This document shows positions 1-7,975 of a stretch of DNA of 10,240 nt, piece after piece. A program made the translations under genes and the position numbers. The notes under the pieces were generated by a model. It worked only from the letters and a program-made list of their open reading frames with translations, was not told where the DNA came from and did not search any database. The DNA lies in assembly GCA_021786105.1 (NCBI GenBank), contig JAJYNW010000024.1:1-10240 (forward strand). Direction: 5' to 3'. The stretch's first letter is position 1. Every line of letters begins with the position of its first letter. Source of the stretch: a bacterium (GTDB taxonomy: Bacteria > Patescibacteriota > Microgenomatia > Daviesbacterales > UBA10151).

Positions 1-89
1 AACTGTTTAGCTATATGGGTCTTAGGAACTTCCTGCTCATAGAGTTCCCAGGCAATCGTAATTTTAGTTAATTGATTCACTTCTTCCAT
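1..89 (-). CDS. 5' part of a probable IS transposase with N-terminal HTH (runs off the left edge; family uncertain, IS481-like possible)
   Basis: Manual translation from ATG at 89: MEEVNQLTKITIAWELYEQEVPKTHIAKQ..., resembling the 'ELY.QG.....IA..L' HTH start of IS transposases. Only 29 codons are visible and no catalytic domain is in the window. Confidence 0.55.
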   Translation of the reverse strand, partial: MEEVNQLTKITIAWELYEQEVPKTHIAKQ

Positions 90-182
90 TTTACTGGAAG
101 TGTCGGATTTCTATGGAGAATACTTCGTTCCCTTGATTCTTTACCGCGTTAAGGTATACATTTAAATAAGGAGGTGAGGATT

Positions 183-377
183 TTGAAACTGAATAGTTTT
201 CTTCAACTGATTGGTTTTATCCTTGCGGCTAAAGTTGTTTTTGGGATATTTTATCTGCTCTTAGGTTGGCAGGTTGCTATTTCAGGCTGGGTGCTGCCAA
301 GCTGGTTAATGGTGGTGGCAGTGGTGGTGGATGCACTGTTGGCTGCTGCCGCATTTAATTTTGTAAAGAAAAAGTAG
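183..377 (+). CDS. small two-TM membrane protein
   Basis: Two hydrophobic stretches and a KKK tail. AGGAGGTG at ~169-176 is best read as the SD, making in-frame TTG at 183 a likelier start than GTG at 174. Confidence 0.75.
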   Translation: MKLNSFLQLIGFILAAKVVFGIFYLLLGWQVAISGWVLPSWLMVVAVVVDALLAAAAFNFVKKK

Positions 378-382
378 GCTCC

Positions 383-913
383 TTACCGGAAACGCACCGG
401 GATGATTATTTGCCTGCTGTTTTGGGGTAAGCCTGAGGGATTGGCGTTTTGCAAGACTAACTGACCCACATCCGTAGGCGGGGTGGAGAAGTTTAATACT
501 CCGGCAAAAGGGACAAAATCCGGTGTTTGCCAGTTTCTTTCTGCCCGAATACTTCCTTGGGCGATTACCTGACCATTTCCGTCAAACAATTGAACCGGCG
601 CTTCGGCTTCGAAAAACCAGGGGCCTCTGGCTTGCCCGGAAATTGTTAGGGGACTATTGACTGCCTGGTTAGGCAAGGGACTGGCTATACTAATCAGATC
701 TGAAATATTGGAAGTCAAAGTCGGGGCGGGACTGGAGGTAGGGGCAGGAATAAAAACCGGTGTGACTGTGGGGGTGGGTGCAGGGGTAGGGACAGGAGTG
801 GGTTGGAGGATGAACACCTGTTGGACGGATCTTCTTGATAAAACTGCAGCCAAAAGCAATCCCACGAGGACAATTGCCAGCACTATTAGATAAATGCCCC
901 GCCTTCTGTTCAT
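383..913 (-). CDS. membrane-anchored Gmad2-type Ig-like domain protein with Pro/Thr linker
   Basis: N-terminal basic segment plus TM, PT repeats, then IASPLPNQAVNSPLTISGQARGPWFFEA...DGNG...NPSGLP, typical of Gmad2 domains. Confidence 0.85.
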   Translation of the reverse strand: MNRRRGIYLIVLAIVLVGLLLAAVLSRRSVQQVFILQPTPVPTPAPTPTVTPVFIPAPTSSPAPTLTSNISDLISIASPLPNQAVNSPLTISGQARGPWFFEAEAPVQLFDGNGQVIAQGSIRAERNWQTPDFVPFAGVLNFSTPPTDVGQLVLQNANPSGLPQNSRQIIIPVRFR

Positions 914-1003
914 ATAAACTTACTATAGTGCATTTGTATTAAGCTAATAATAAATTGAGGTGATAAAAAGGTAAGATTTACGTTATTCTGTTAATATAGA
1001 ATT

Positions 1004-1171
1004 ATGCCTGCGAAATTGATGGTCTTTATATGGATGACTATTGGGTCAATTATAGGGGGTTATATACCCGTTCTTTTTGGAGCAGGAGTGTTTTCTTATT
1101 CCTCGGTACTGTTCAGCGGCCTAGGAGCAATCGCCGGGGTCTGGATAGGGTATAAGTTAAGCAACTTTTGA
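1004..1171 (+). CDS. small 55-aa Gly-rich two-TM membrane protein (below ORF-track cutoff)
   Basis: Manual translation MPAKLMVFIWMTIGSIIGGYIPVLFGAGVFSYSSVLFSGLGAIAGVWIGYKLSNF*. It fills the intergenic gap, and TGnTAATAT (989-997) ends 6 nt before the ATG. Confidence 0.8.
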   Translation: MPAKLMVFIWMTIGSIIGGYIPVLFGAGVFSYSSVLFSGLGAIAGVWIGYKLSNF

Positions 1172-1201
1172 TTTAAGTCAGTAATTGATTTGCTGGATAC
1201 T

Positions 1202-1813
1202 TTAGTATTTTTCTCCGTCGGATTTCTCTTCTGATTTCTCTTTGGAGCGGTCTTTTTTGGTCTCTTTTCTGATATCGTGAGCAAAACTTACTCCTCTTTC
1301 TATTTGTACCGTAGATACGCTAGGTCCAAGGAGTAAGAGCGTAACTCCGCTGATTAATAGCTGGAGTCCCAGGAATAATCCGATGATAAACAACCCGGTA
1401 GCCGGTAAGCCCAGGAAAACTAAAACTCCGAAAAGTAAAGTTAAAGCCCCGCCGGCGATATTCCATCCGCGGTTCCTTACGGAGGAAAAGCCAACATAGA
1501 GACGGTAAATGCCAAGGACAACTAAGGCTAGGGAAATGATTAAGGTGAGAGTGATGGCAGAGGCGCCAGGGAAAAATACTAAAATACCTCCCAAGACTAA
1601 GTTGATGAGCCCGCCCAGAATTCTATAAAAGGTGGATCCGCCCCTTTCCCGGTAATATCCATGGGCAATTTCTAAAATCCCCCCTATGATTAAAGCCACT
1701 CCCAAAAGAAATACTGACGCTAAAGTAGTAAATACCATCGCTCCTAAAACTATTATGCCTAAAACAATCAAGAGTATTCCTAAAGTTGTATTGGTCTGTC
1801 TATTAGATTCCAT
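1202..1813 (-). CDS. HdeD/DUF308-family membrane protein
   Basis: About six Gly-rich TM helices with duplicated 'G...I.GG...I' and 'W....G.L.L..G' patterns, followed by a charged C-terminal tail. Confidence 0.8.
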   Translation of the reverse strand: MESNRQTNTTLGILLIVLGIIVLGAMVFTTLASVFLLGVALIIGGILEIAHGYYRERGGSTFYRILGGLINLVLGGILVFFPGASAITLTLIISLALVVLGIYRLYVGFSSVRNRGWNIAGGALTLLFGVLVFLGLPATGLFIIGLFLGLQLLISGVTLLLLGPSVSTVQIERGVSFAHDIRKETKKDRSKEKSEEKSDGEKY

Positions 1814-1876
1814 GATGACATATTACCTAAATAAATTAATTTTGTTGTGAGGGATAGGTAAAAACTTAGTAATAAT

Positions 1877-2179
1877 TTATTCAAAACCGCCGTTTGCTTT
1901 TATGGAGTTATAAGTTAGAGTTAATTTTTCCTTAGCTTTGTCTCTGTTGTCTGCTGTAGCTATATCCATACGCTGCTTTTTATACTTCAGCCATTCCTCT
2001 TCCGTAATTTTATTGGCGGATTTAATTACAGCACTGTCTAAGGTTCCGGATTCCCAGCTGATTATTTTAACTACTATTTTAAAGGCTGACTCTCTGGCCT
2101 TTTGGGCTTTTAAAGCAGCTAATTTTCGTTCGTCTTTAATTAGTAGAGAACTTGGCTGTTGCAATTTAGTATCCGGCAT
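1877..2179 (-). CDS. hypothetical Lys-rich protein, third gene of the helicase-RRM operon
   Basis: 100-aa ORF starting 5 nt after the RRM stop on the same strand. No recognisable motif. Confidence 0.65.
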   Translation of the reverse strand: MPDTKLQQPSSLLIKDERKLAALKAQKARESAFKIVVKIISWESGTLDSAVIKSANKITEEEWLKYKKQRMDIATADNRDKAKEKLTLTYNSIKANGGFE

Positions 2180-2184
2180 AATAT

Positions 2185-2487
2185 TTACCTTCTTCCTCGA
2201 TGATAATAATCTCTATTATTATCTCTATAATTTGGTTTTTCTTCTCTTGGTCTGGCTACTGAAACATTCAGTCTTCTGCCTTCCAGGTCTGAACCGTCTA
2301 ATTTTTGAATAGCTTCTTTAGCGCTTGTATCATCTGCCATCTCTACAAAACCAAAACCTTTGCTCTGGCTAGTATATTTGTCAGTAATGACATTTGCAGA
2401 AATAACTTGTCCGAAAGCGGCAAAAATTTCATTTAACTTTTGGCTGTCTATTGTATAGGGTAGACCACCCACAAATAATTTTGTCAT
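2185..2487 (-). CDS. single-RRM RNA-binding protein
   Basis: RNP2 KLFVGGL, RNP1 KGFGFVEM, C-terminal RRLNVSVARPRE. SD AGGAGGA at 2493-2499 (minus strand). Confidence 0.95.
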   Translation of the reverse strand: MTKLFVGGLPYTIDSQKLNEIFAAFGQVISANVITDKYTSQSKGFGFVEMADDTSAKEAIQKLDGSDLEGRRLNVSVARPREEKPNYRDNNRDYYHRGRR

Positions 2488-2516
2488 TTTAATCCTCCTC
2501 TCTAAAAATATTTCTA

Positions 2517-3728
2517 TTATTCGATAAACGTTAAAGCAGTACCGGCTTTGCCGGCTCTGCCCGTACGGCCAATTCTGTGAATATAGTCTTCATAAGTTTG
2601 AGGAAGGTCGTAATTGATAACGTGGGTAACATTGTTTATATCCAAACCCCGGGAAGCTACATCTGTGGCCAAAAGTATTTGAATTTCGTCATTCTTAAAG
2701 CTTTCCAGGATCCTTCTTCTTTGGCTTTGTTTTTTATTGCCGTGAAGGGCGCCGGTTTTAAATCCCCTAAAGGTTAATTCTTTATTGAGTTTTTCAATTC
2801 CGTGTTTAGTCCGGCCGAATACCAAAACTTTGTCAAATCCATCCTGAATTAACAGGTCATGCAGGTGATCTACCTTTTTGGCAGGATTTTGAATTCTTAT
2901 CACATCCTGGTTAACACTTTCAGCGGTATCTTGTACTTTTAGGGATACGGTCACTGGGTTTTGGACAAAAGATTGCAGGATTTCTTTTATTTTTGGAGAA
3001 ATGGTGGCGGAGAAAAAAAGCGACTGCCGGACTTGGGGTAAAAACGAAAGAAAGTATTTGATATCGTTAATAAACCCAATATCCACCATTAAATCTACTT
3101 CATCCAAAACAAATGTTTGAAAATCATTTAAGCGAAGCTCTCTTCTGTCGATTAAATCCTTAAGTCTTCCCGGTGTGCCGATAATAACTCCGGGATTTCT
3201 TCTTAAATCCTTAATTTGTCTGTGCATATTAGACCCGCCGATCAGCAAAGCAGAATAAATGCTCATGTTTTCCGTCAAAGACCTCAGCTCGTCATTGATT
3301 TGAACCGCCAGTTCCCGGGTTGGGGTAATAATGAAAGCTTTTTGAGTTTTGTCTTTAAAGATTTTATTAACAATGGGAATTAAAAAAGCAGCAGTTTTAC
3401 CGGTGCCGGTATTAGCCAGCCCGATTAAATCCCGGCCTTCTAAAATTGCCGGAATAGCTTGAATCTGTATTGGGGTGGGGGTTTGGTAACCTTTATTTTG
3501 AATATTTACTTTTAAATAATCTGCAATATTAAAATCGGAGAAAGTTTTGAAAGTTTCTTGAAGCGGCTCTGCAACTTGAGAAGCTTTTTTGATGAACATG
3601 TTTATATCAGCTCCTTGAAGCTGGCTTTGGAATCTGCCCCTGTTGCCGGAAGAGTTTCTTGGTCTTTGGAATTGACCATTTTGGGATGTTTTTTTAAACC
3701 TAAAATTTCGTGATCTGGTAAACGTCAT
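2517..3728 (-). CDS. DEAD-box RNA helicase (minimal core, DEVD variant)
   Basis: Q-motif PTPIQ, ANTGTGKT, PTRELA, TPGRL, DEVD, SAT, ATDVASRGLD, YIHRIGRTGRAG. ATG at 3728 preferred, because the ORF-track start at 3746 lies inside a hairpin. Confidence 0.97.
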   Translation of the reverse strand: MTFTRSRNFRFKKTSQNGQFQRPRNSSGNRGRFQSQLQGADINMFIKKASQVAEPLQETFKTFSDFNIADYLKVNIQNKGYQTPTPIQIQAIPAILEGRDLIGLANTGTGKTAAFLIPIVNKIFKDKTQKAFIITPTRELAVQINDELRSLTENMSIYSALLIGGSNMHRQIKDLRRNPGVIIGTPGRLKDLIDRRELRLNDFQTFVLDEVDLMVDIGFINDIKYFLSFLPQVRQSLFFSATISPKIKEILQSFVQNPVTVSLKVQDTAESVNQDVIRIQNPAKKVDHLHDLLIQDGFDKVLVFGRTKHGIEKLNKELTFRGFKTGALHGNKKQSQRRRILESFKNDEIQILLATDVASRGLDINNVTHVINYDLPQTYEDYIHRIGRTGRAGKAGTALTFIE

Positions 3729-3920
3729 ATAAAAAGAAGGTTCCACGCTTGCATGCGTTCGCGTGGAGTACTTCTAAACATTGAAGAAAAAATATTAGGC
3801 AAAAAGCCTGGGAGCTAATAAAGAGATAAAACCCGCTAACCTGGTAGCAATGCTGCGTATATATGCAGAATTTGAAGGGAAGAATTGCTTTGTAGCTCGA
3901 ATTCTTAAATCAACAATATT

Positions 3921-3949
3921 AGTATACCATACAATCCGTCTTAAAGCAA
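3921..3949 (-). promoter_or_regulatory. sigma70-type promoter of the helicase operon
   Basis: Minus strand: TTGCTT (3949-3944), 17 nt, TATACT (3926-3921), with an extended -10 TG. Confidence 0.65.
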
Positions 3950-3974
3950 ATTATGGGCTTTTTATCAGAACCAA

Positions 3975-4005
3975 AGCAGATAGCCCGTAAGCTATCTGCT
4001 CTTTT
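3975..4005. terminator. probable intrinsic terminator hairpin downstream of the 35-aa ORF
   Basis: Perfect 10-bp stem AGCAGATAGC (3975-3984) / GCTATCTGCT (3991-4000), 6-nt loop, short U-rich tails on both strands. Confidence 0.65.
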
Positions 4006-4028
4006 GCCTAAGACTGGCAGAGATGCGC

Positions 4029-4136
4029 TTACCTGCCCATCATTCCACCCATCATTCCGCCTCGGTTGACCTTTTTCATAGGGCTTTGTTGACTTTGCCC
4101 GGTTTTTCGGCCCTTTTTCATTTGACCTTTTGCCAT
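4029..4136 (-). CDS. 35-aa basic Gly/Met/Lys-rich small protein (unannotated)
   Basis: MAKGQMKKGRKTGQSQQSPMKKVNRGGMMGGMMGR*. Strong SD GGAGGTGA (4151-4144) lies 7 nt upstream and a hairpin lies downstream. Confidence 0.7.
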   Translation of the reverse strand: MAKGQMKKGRKTGQSQQSPMKKVNRGGMMGGMMGR

Positions 4137-4294
4137 AATTTACTCACCTCCATTTTCTTGTATATTTAACCATCTTCATATTAAAACTGACCTAGAAAAC
4201 GGTAAGACTTTGTAAAGAAAAAATAGTAAAATATATTGAATTTCTACTAAAAAATTGCTTCAATAAGAGTAGGCGAAGTTTTAGGAATTAAGAT

Positions 4295-6556
4295 ATGTTT
4301 TTAGTATCTAAATTAAGAATACTGTTTATTCTCATCATTGTTTTGGGATTTTTCAGCACACCGATTACGCAAAAGGCATTGGCTAGTGCTGATTGGCTTG
4401 ACGCAAGCTGGAGTTATAGAAGAAAGATAACTATTGATTACACCAAGGTTGGAGGAGGTTTGGAAGATGAATCAAATTTTCCGGTTTTGATTTCGCTTAC
4501 TGGCTTATCGAATATAAATACCAATGGGACGGACATACGATTTACCAGCTCTGACGGAACGACCCAATTGCCAAGAGAAATTGAATCTTATTCATCAGGT
4601 GCTCTTGTGGCGTGGGTTAAAATTCCAACCTTATCTTACACTACGGATACGGTGATCTACGTGTACTATGGCAACTCTTCTGCTACAGAACCGGCTGCCA
4701 ACTCTACTTATGGAAGCCAGAATGTGTGGACAAACAATTTCGCCGGAGTGTGGCACTTGAAGGAAACGGGAAGCGGTGCTGCAGGTGATTACAAAGATTC
4801 AACTTCAAACTCCAACAATAGCACCAATACCGCCAACCAGCCGACTGTCACTTCATCGGGACAGATTGGTAGTGCCGAGAGTTTTAACGGAACCAGCAAT
4901 TATATCAGCGTTGGAAATGGATCTACACTCAATCCAGCTCAATTTACAGCTGATTTTTGGGTTAATACGAGCACTTACGGTGTCAATTGGAACGTTTTTT
5001 TGGCCAAAGAACTTTGGAATACAGCCAAAGGCTGGTTTTTTTATAGAGCGGCTAATGGTGATTTGGTGTTTACCAGGGGTGGACACGATACTCCGGCACC
5101 TGATATCCAGACAGCTATTACCAATGGTTGGCACCATGTTGTTGGAACATATGATGGGACAACTCTTCAGCTTTGGGTTGATGGTTCTTCCGGCGGTACG
5201 GCGACAGTGCCGCTTGGTGTGGCTGATACGGTTCCGCTTTTCTTCGGTTCGAGGCATCAAAATGATGGCAGTGCTGGTAATCTTGATTATGGGAACGGTG
5301 TAATAGATGAAGTGAACCTTTCTTCTACTGCGCGATCTGCTGGCTGGATTACTACCGAATACAATAACCAAAACTCGCCGTCTACATTTATATCTGCGGC
5401 TGACCAGGAAACATATGTTGCTCCAACACCCACCCCGACTCCAACCTCTTCTTCAAGTAGTTCTTCCTCTTCATCAACCGGCACCGTCAGTGCTCCTTCC
5501 TGTAATGATAGTGCACCTATTGGCATACTAGATCTATTTCAAATTGATGCCGCAGAAGATAAGGCAACTTTGCACTTTACAACAGTAACTGGTGCAAGCG
5601 GATATCAAATTTCTTATGGCTTAAATCCAGACGCTTCTTCTTATGGTGATAAATTTGATTACCAAGGATCTCTGTGGACTTTAGAGCGTACCATCAATAA
5701 TTTAGCCCCCAATACGACTTACTATTTTAAAGTTCAAGCAGTCAATGGCTGCAATGGTGGAGGTTTTTCCAAAACAGCCTCGACTACAACCGGAGGTGGA
5801 CAAAAAACTATAAACCAAACTAACCAGACTCCTGAAACCCCGGCTAAGGTTAATCTTAGAATAACCGCCCAAACCGTTTCCCAGATCCCAGTGGTGGGAA
5901 ATGTGGTGGATAAAAAAATTGAAGTTAAAAAGTCAGAAATTACTTCCAAACCAAATTTTATTTCTTATGTAGTTCAGCAGGGTGATAATCTTTGGTCCAT
6001 AGCTACTAACTTCTTTGGACAAGGAGCGAAATTCACTGACATTATTGCCCAAAATAAAAAAGAGTACCCCAGCTTGGAAAACTCCCCGGATCTTACAGTA
6101 GGTTGGAAACTCAATATTGATACATCAAAAATTGCACCGGAAGAAATTGCTAAACTTTTTCCCGAAGAAGCTCCTAAAAAACCAAGTTACGAAAAACCAG
6201 GTTATAACTTGGATGTGAAGGTTTTGGCTGATAGCGGTGCTCCTCTTTCGGGAGTCAAAGTTACCCTCCACTCAACACCCACAGAATCAATCACTAACCA
6301 GGATGGCATTGCCCATTTCAGCGGGGTAGCAGGGGGTAAGCATCAAGTTTTCCTTAGCTTTAATGGGTACAATGGCGGAGGCCAGGCAATTAATGTAACC
6401 GGGGATAATAAAAATATTCAACTGACCATGCAAATTCAGCTAACAAATGGATTCTCTTCACCTAAAGTGTTGATTGTGATAGGCGGAATGGGAGCAGTCA
6501 TCTTGGTTCTTCTTTTCATTATTCTGAGGCGAAAAAAACGTTTTCTTGTTATATAA
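4295..6556 (+). CDS. multidomain cell-surface protein: signal peptide, DUF2341, LamG/ConA-like, Ser/Pro/Thr linker, FN3, LysM, carboxypeptidase-regulatory-like domain, C-terminal TM anchor
   Basis: WSYRRKITID/DIRFT/WVKIPTLS/YVYYGN (DUF2341); WHHVVGTYDG...GVIDEV (LamG); INNLAPNTTYYFKVQAVN (FN3); YVVQQGDNLWSIA (LysM); PLSGVKVTL...TNQDG (CarboxypepD_reg-like); TM followed by RRKKR. Confidence 0.88.
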   Translation: MFLVSKLRILFILIIVLGFFSTPITQKALASADWLDASWSYRRKITIDYTKVGGGLEDESNFPVLISLTGLSNINTNGTDIRFTSSDGTTQLPREIESYSSGALVAWVKIPTLSYTTDTVIYVYYGNSSATEPAANSTYGSQNVWTNNFAGVWHLKETGSGAAGDYKDSTSNSNNSTNTANQPTVTSSGQIGSAESFNGTSNYISVGNGSTLNPAQFTADFWVNTSTYGVNWNVFLAKELWNTAKGWFFYRAANGDLVFTRGGHDTPAPDIQTAITNGWHHVVGTYDGTTLQLWVDGSSGGTATVPLGVADTVPLFFGSRHQNDGSAGNLDYGNGVIDEVNLSSTARSAGWITTEYNNQNSPSTFISAADQETYVAPTPTPTPTSSSSSSSSSSTGTVSAPSCNDSAPIGILDLFQIDAAEDKATLHFTTVTGASGYQISYGLNPDASSYGDKFDYQGSLWTLERTINNLAPNTTYYFKVQAVNGCNGGGFSKTASTTTGGGQKTINQTNQTPETPAKVNLRITAQTVSQIPVVGNVVDKKIEVKKSEITSKPNFISYVVQQGDNLWSIATNFFGQGAKFTDIIAQNKKEYPSLENSPDLTVGWKLNIDTSKIAPEEIAKLFPEEAPKKPSYEKPGYNLDVKVLADSGAPLSGVKVTLHSTPTESITNQDGIAHFSGVAGGKHQVFLSFNGYNGGGQAINVTGDNKNIQLTMQIQLTNGFSSPKVLIVIGGMGAVILVLLFIILRRKKRFLVI

Positions 6557-6648
6557 TCAATTTATACTATATCTCGTTGTAATTTCTTCCGATCTCCTCA
6601 ATTGTGTTGAGTGAAATCGAAGTGTAAAATTTACTTCTTATCCAAAAC

Positions 6649-7422
6649 TTATGGTTTTTTGCCTGTATAAAGGCCGTAGCTCATATAGGACATCAAACTT
6701 ATAGTGTCCCAAAGAAGTCCTTTGTTAAAAAATATGGACCGGAGGTCAGAATCGGCAATCATATGGTATACACTGGCTAAATATTTCCTTGGGCCGTCAA
6801 TTTTTAAATGGCTTAGAAGTTGCTTCCAGTAATTAAGTTTATGGACAATTGAAGTCACCTCATCAAATCCTGCTTCCTCAAAAAGATGTCGCCATTCATT
6901 TTCAGATAATATTTGTACTTTGGAAGGGTAGAATTGTGTAAGTGATTCAATTGATTTGGCGGGAGGAGATCCAACCACTGTAACCTCGTTTACTCCAAAA
7001 ACTCCGCCGGGTTTTAAAACCCTGAGCATTTCACGAGCAGATTGTAAGGGATCAGTAAAAACAAGTACCGATTCTGCCAATACAACATTGTAAGTATTGT
7101 CTTTAAAGGGGAGATTTTGAACATCAGCAAGTTGTGTTTTAACCTTAGCTCCTACACCTTCTTTGATAATTCTTTCTCTGGTAAGTTCCAGCATCCGGGG
7201 ATCAATATCAGTGGCCATCACAAAATCGTTATATTCTTTTGCCAAAAGTACCGGAGTGTAGCCCGTGCCGCAACCAATAATCAAAATGTCTTGCAGCGGC
7301 CAGATCCCGCAACGCTTAATTAATTCTTCGGTAGCAAAGTAACCGCCATAATGTTCAGTGATACCAAAACGTTTCCAAATATCACCAGCATAAATTTGCG
7401 GCTTGTCTGGTTTTCTCTCCAT
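6649..7422 (-). CDS. class I SAM-dependent methyltransferase (Methyltransf_11-like)
   Basis: Motif I LIIGCGTG, motif II ATDID, ADVQNLPFKDNTYNVV, REMLRVLKPGG. Substrate unknown. Confidence 0.9.
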   Translation of the reverse strand: MERKPDKPQIYAGDIWKRFGITEHYGGYFATEELIKRCGIWPLQDILIIGCGTGYTPVLLAKEYNDFVMATDIDPRMLELTRERIIKEGVGAKVKTQLADVQNLPFKDNTYNVVLAESVLVFTDPLQSAREMLRVLKPGGVFGVNEVTVVGSPPAKSIESLTQFYPSKVQILSENEWRHLFEEAGFDEVTSIVHKLNYWKQLLSHLKIDGPRKYLASVYHMIADSDLRSIFFNKGLLWDTISLMSYMSYGLYTGKKP

Positions 7423-7540
7423 CTAATTTTATTTACATCTAAGGTTACCTCAGGAAGTTTAAATATAAGTAAAGTTTAGGTTAGTATTGGGAAAGAGAAA
7501 AATCTAAATTTCCCAAAGCTGCAGGTTTAGGTGCGTTACA

Positions 7541-7568
7541 ACAGTGAGCTTGTCGAACTGCTCACAGT
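7541..7568. repeat. REP-like palindromic element
   Basis: ACAGTGAGCTTGTCGAACTGCTCACAGT with stem GTGAGC (7544-7549) / GCTCAC (7560-7565). The core resembles the TGAGCTTGTCGAA REP-type repeat. Single copy in this window. Confidence 0.45.
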
Positions 7569-7574
7569 TATAGG

Positions 7575-7603
7575 TTGCCATAAGTTTGCTGAAGGTGTAA
7601 AAT
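7575..7603 (+). promoter_or_regulatory. sigma70-type promoter, probably giving a leaderless transcript
   Basis: TTGCCA (7575-7580), 17 nt, TAAAAT (7598-7603); ATG at 7611 follows 7 nt later with no SD. Confidence 0.6.
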
Positions 7604-7610
7604 CTGCTTC

Positions 7611-7898
7611 ATGTCAGAAAGAGCAGAAATAGAGCTAGGGCTAGGACCATTAATGACCTATGAAGCCCAACTTGGTTGCCCGATAACAAGGCAAAGTGCA
7701 CGAGCCCTATTTTGCCCGTATGCTAATGAATGCGAGTTGCCCGTAATCCAGATAAAAGCAGAGGATCATGAGCAGGCTCAAAGACTCGTAGGAAATGAAG
7801 CCTTTACCGATCCAATACCGGATTGTTTGTTGGGAAAACCTTATCTGACTAAAGTCTCTGGGAACCTAATGCTATTACGGCGAGTGGATGCAGCTTAA
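7611..7898 (+). CDS. hypothetical protein (95 aa, four Cys)
   Basis: Only sizeable ORF in the gap, with a well-placed promoter. No family recognised. Confidence 0.65.
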   Translation: MSERAEIELGLGPLMTYEAQLGCPITRQSARALFCPYANECELPVIQIKAEDHEQAQRLVGNEAFTDPIPDCLLGKPYLTKVSGNLMLLRRVDAA

Positions 7899-7936
7899 TT
7901 TCCCCAAAAGCAGTAATGCCTTTGTCTCATAGTTAT

Positions 7937-7965
7937 TTGACATATTTACTGAATAATGTTATAAA
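7937..7965 (+). promoter_or_regulatory. strong sigma70 promoter driving attenuator cassette 1
   Basis: TTGACA (7937-7942), 17 nt, TATAAA (7960-7965), with an extended -10 TG at 7957-7958. Confidence 0.75.
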
Positions 7966-7975
7966 TTATTAGGAT

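Noticed and set aside
657-893. + strand 78-aa ORF
   Set aside because: Antisense shadow of the Gmad2 gene; its VG repeats mirror the PT linker.
1096-1284. - strand 62-aa ORF
   Set aside because: Overlaps the HdeD 3' end out of frame and lies antisense to the better-supported 1004-1171 gene.
1938-2777. + strand ORFs 1938-2312 and 2577-2777
   Set aside because: Antisense to the helicase-RRM operon, with no motifs or initiation signals.
3091-3110. DEVD instead of DEAD read as helicase inactivation
   Set aside because: Fits the DExD consensus and all other helicase motifs are intact.
4776-5949. ORFs 4776-5303, 4853-5371, 5287-5526 and 5734-5949
   Set aside because: Alternative-frame or antisense shadows within the well-supported surface-protein gene.
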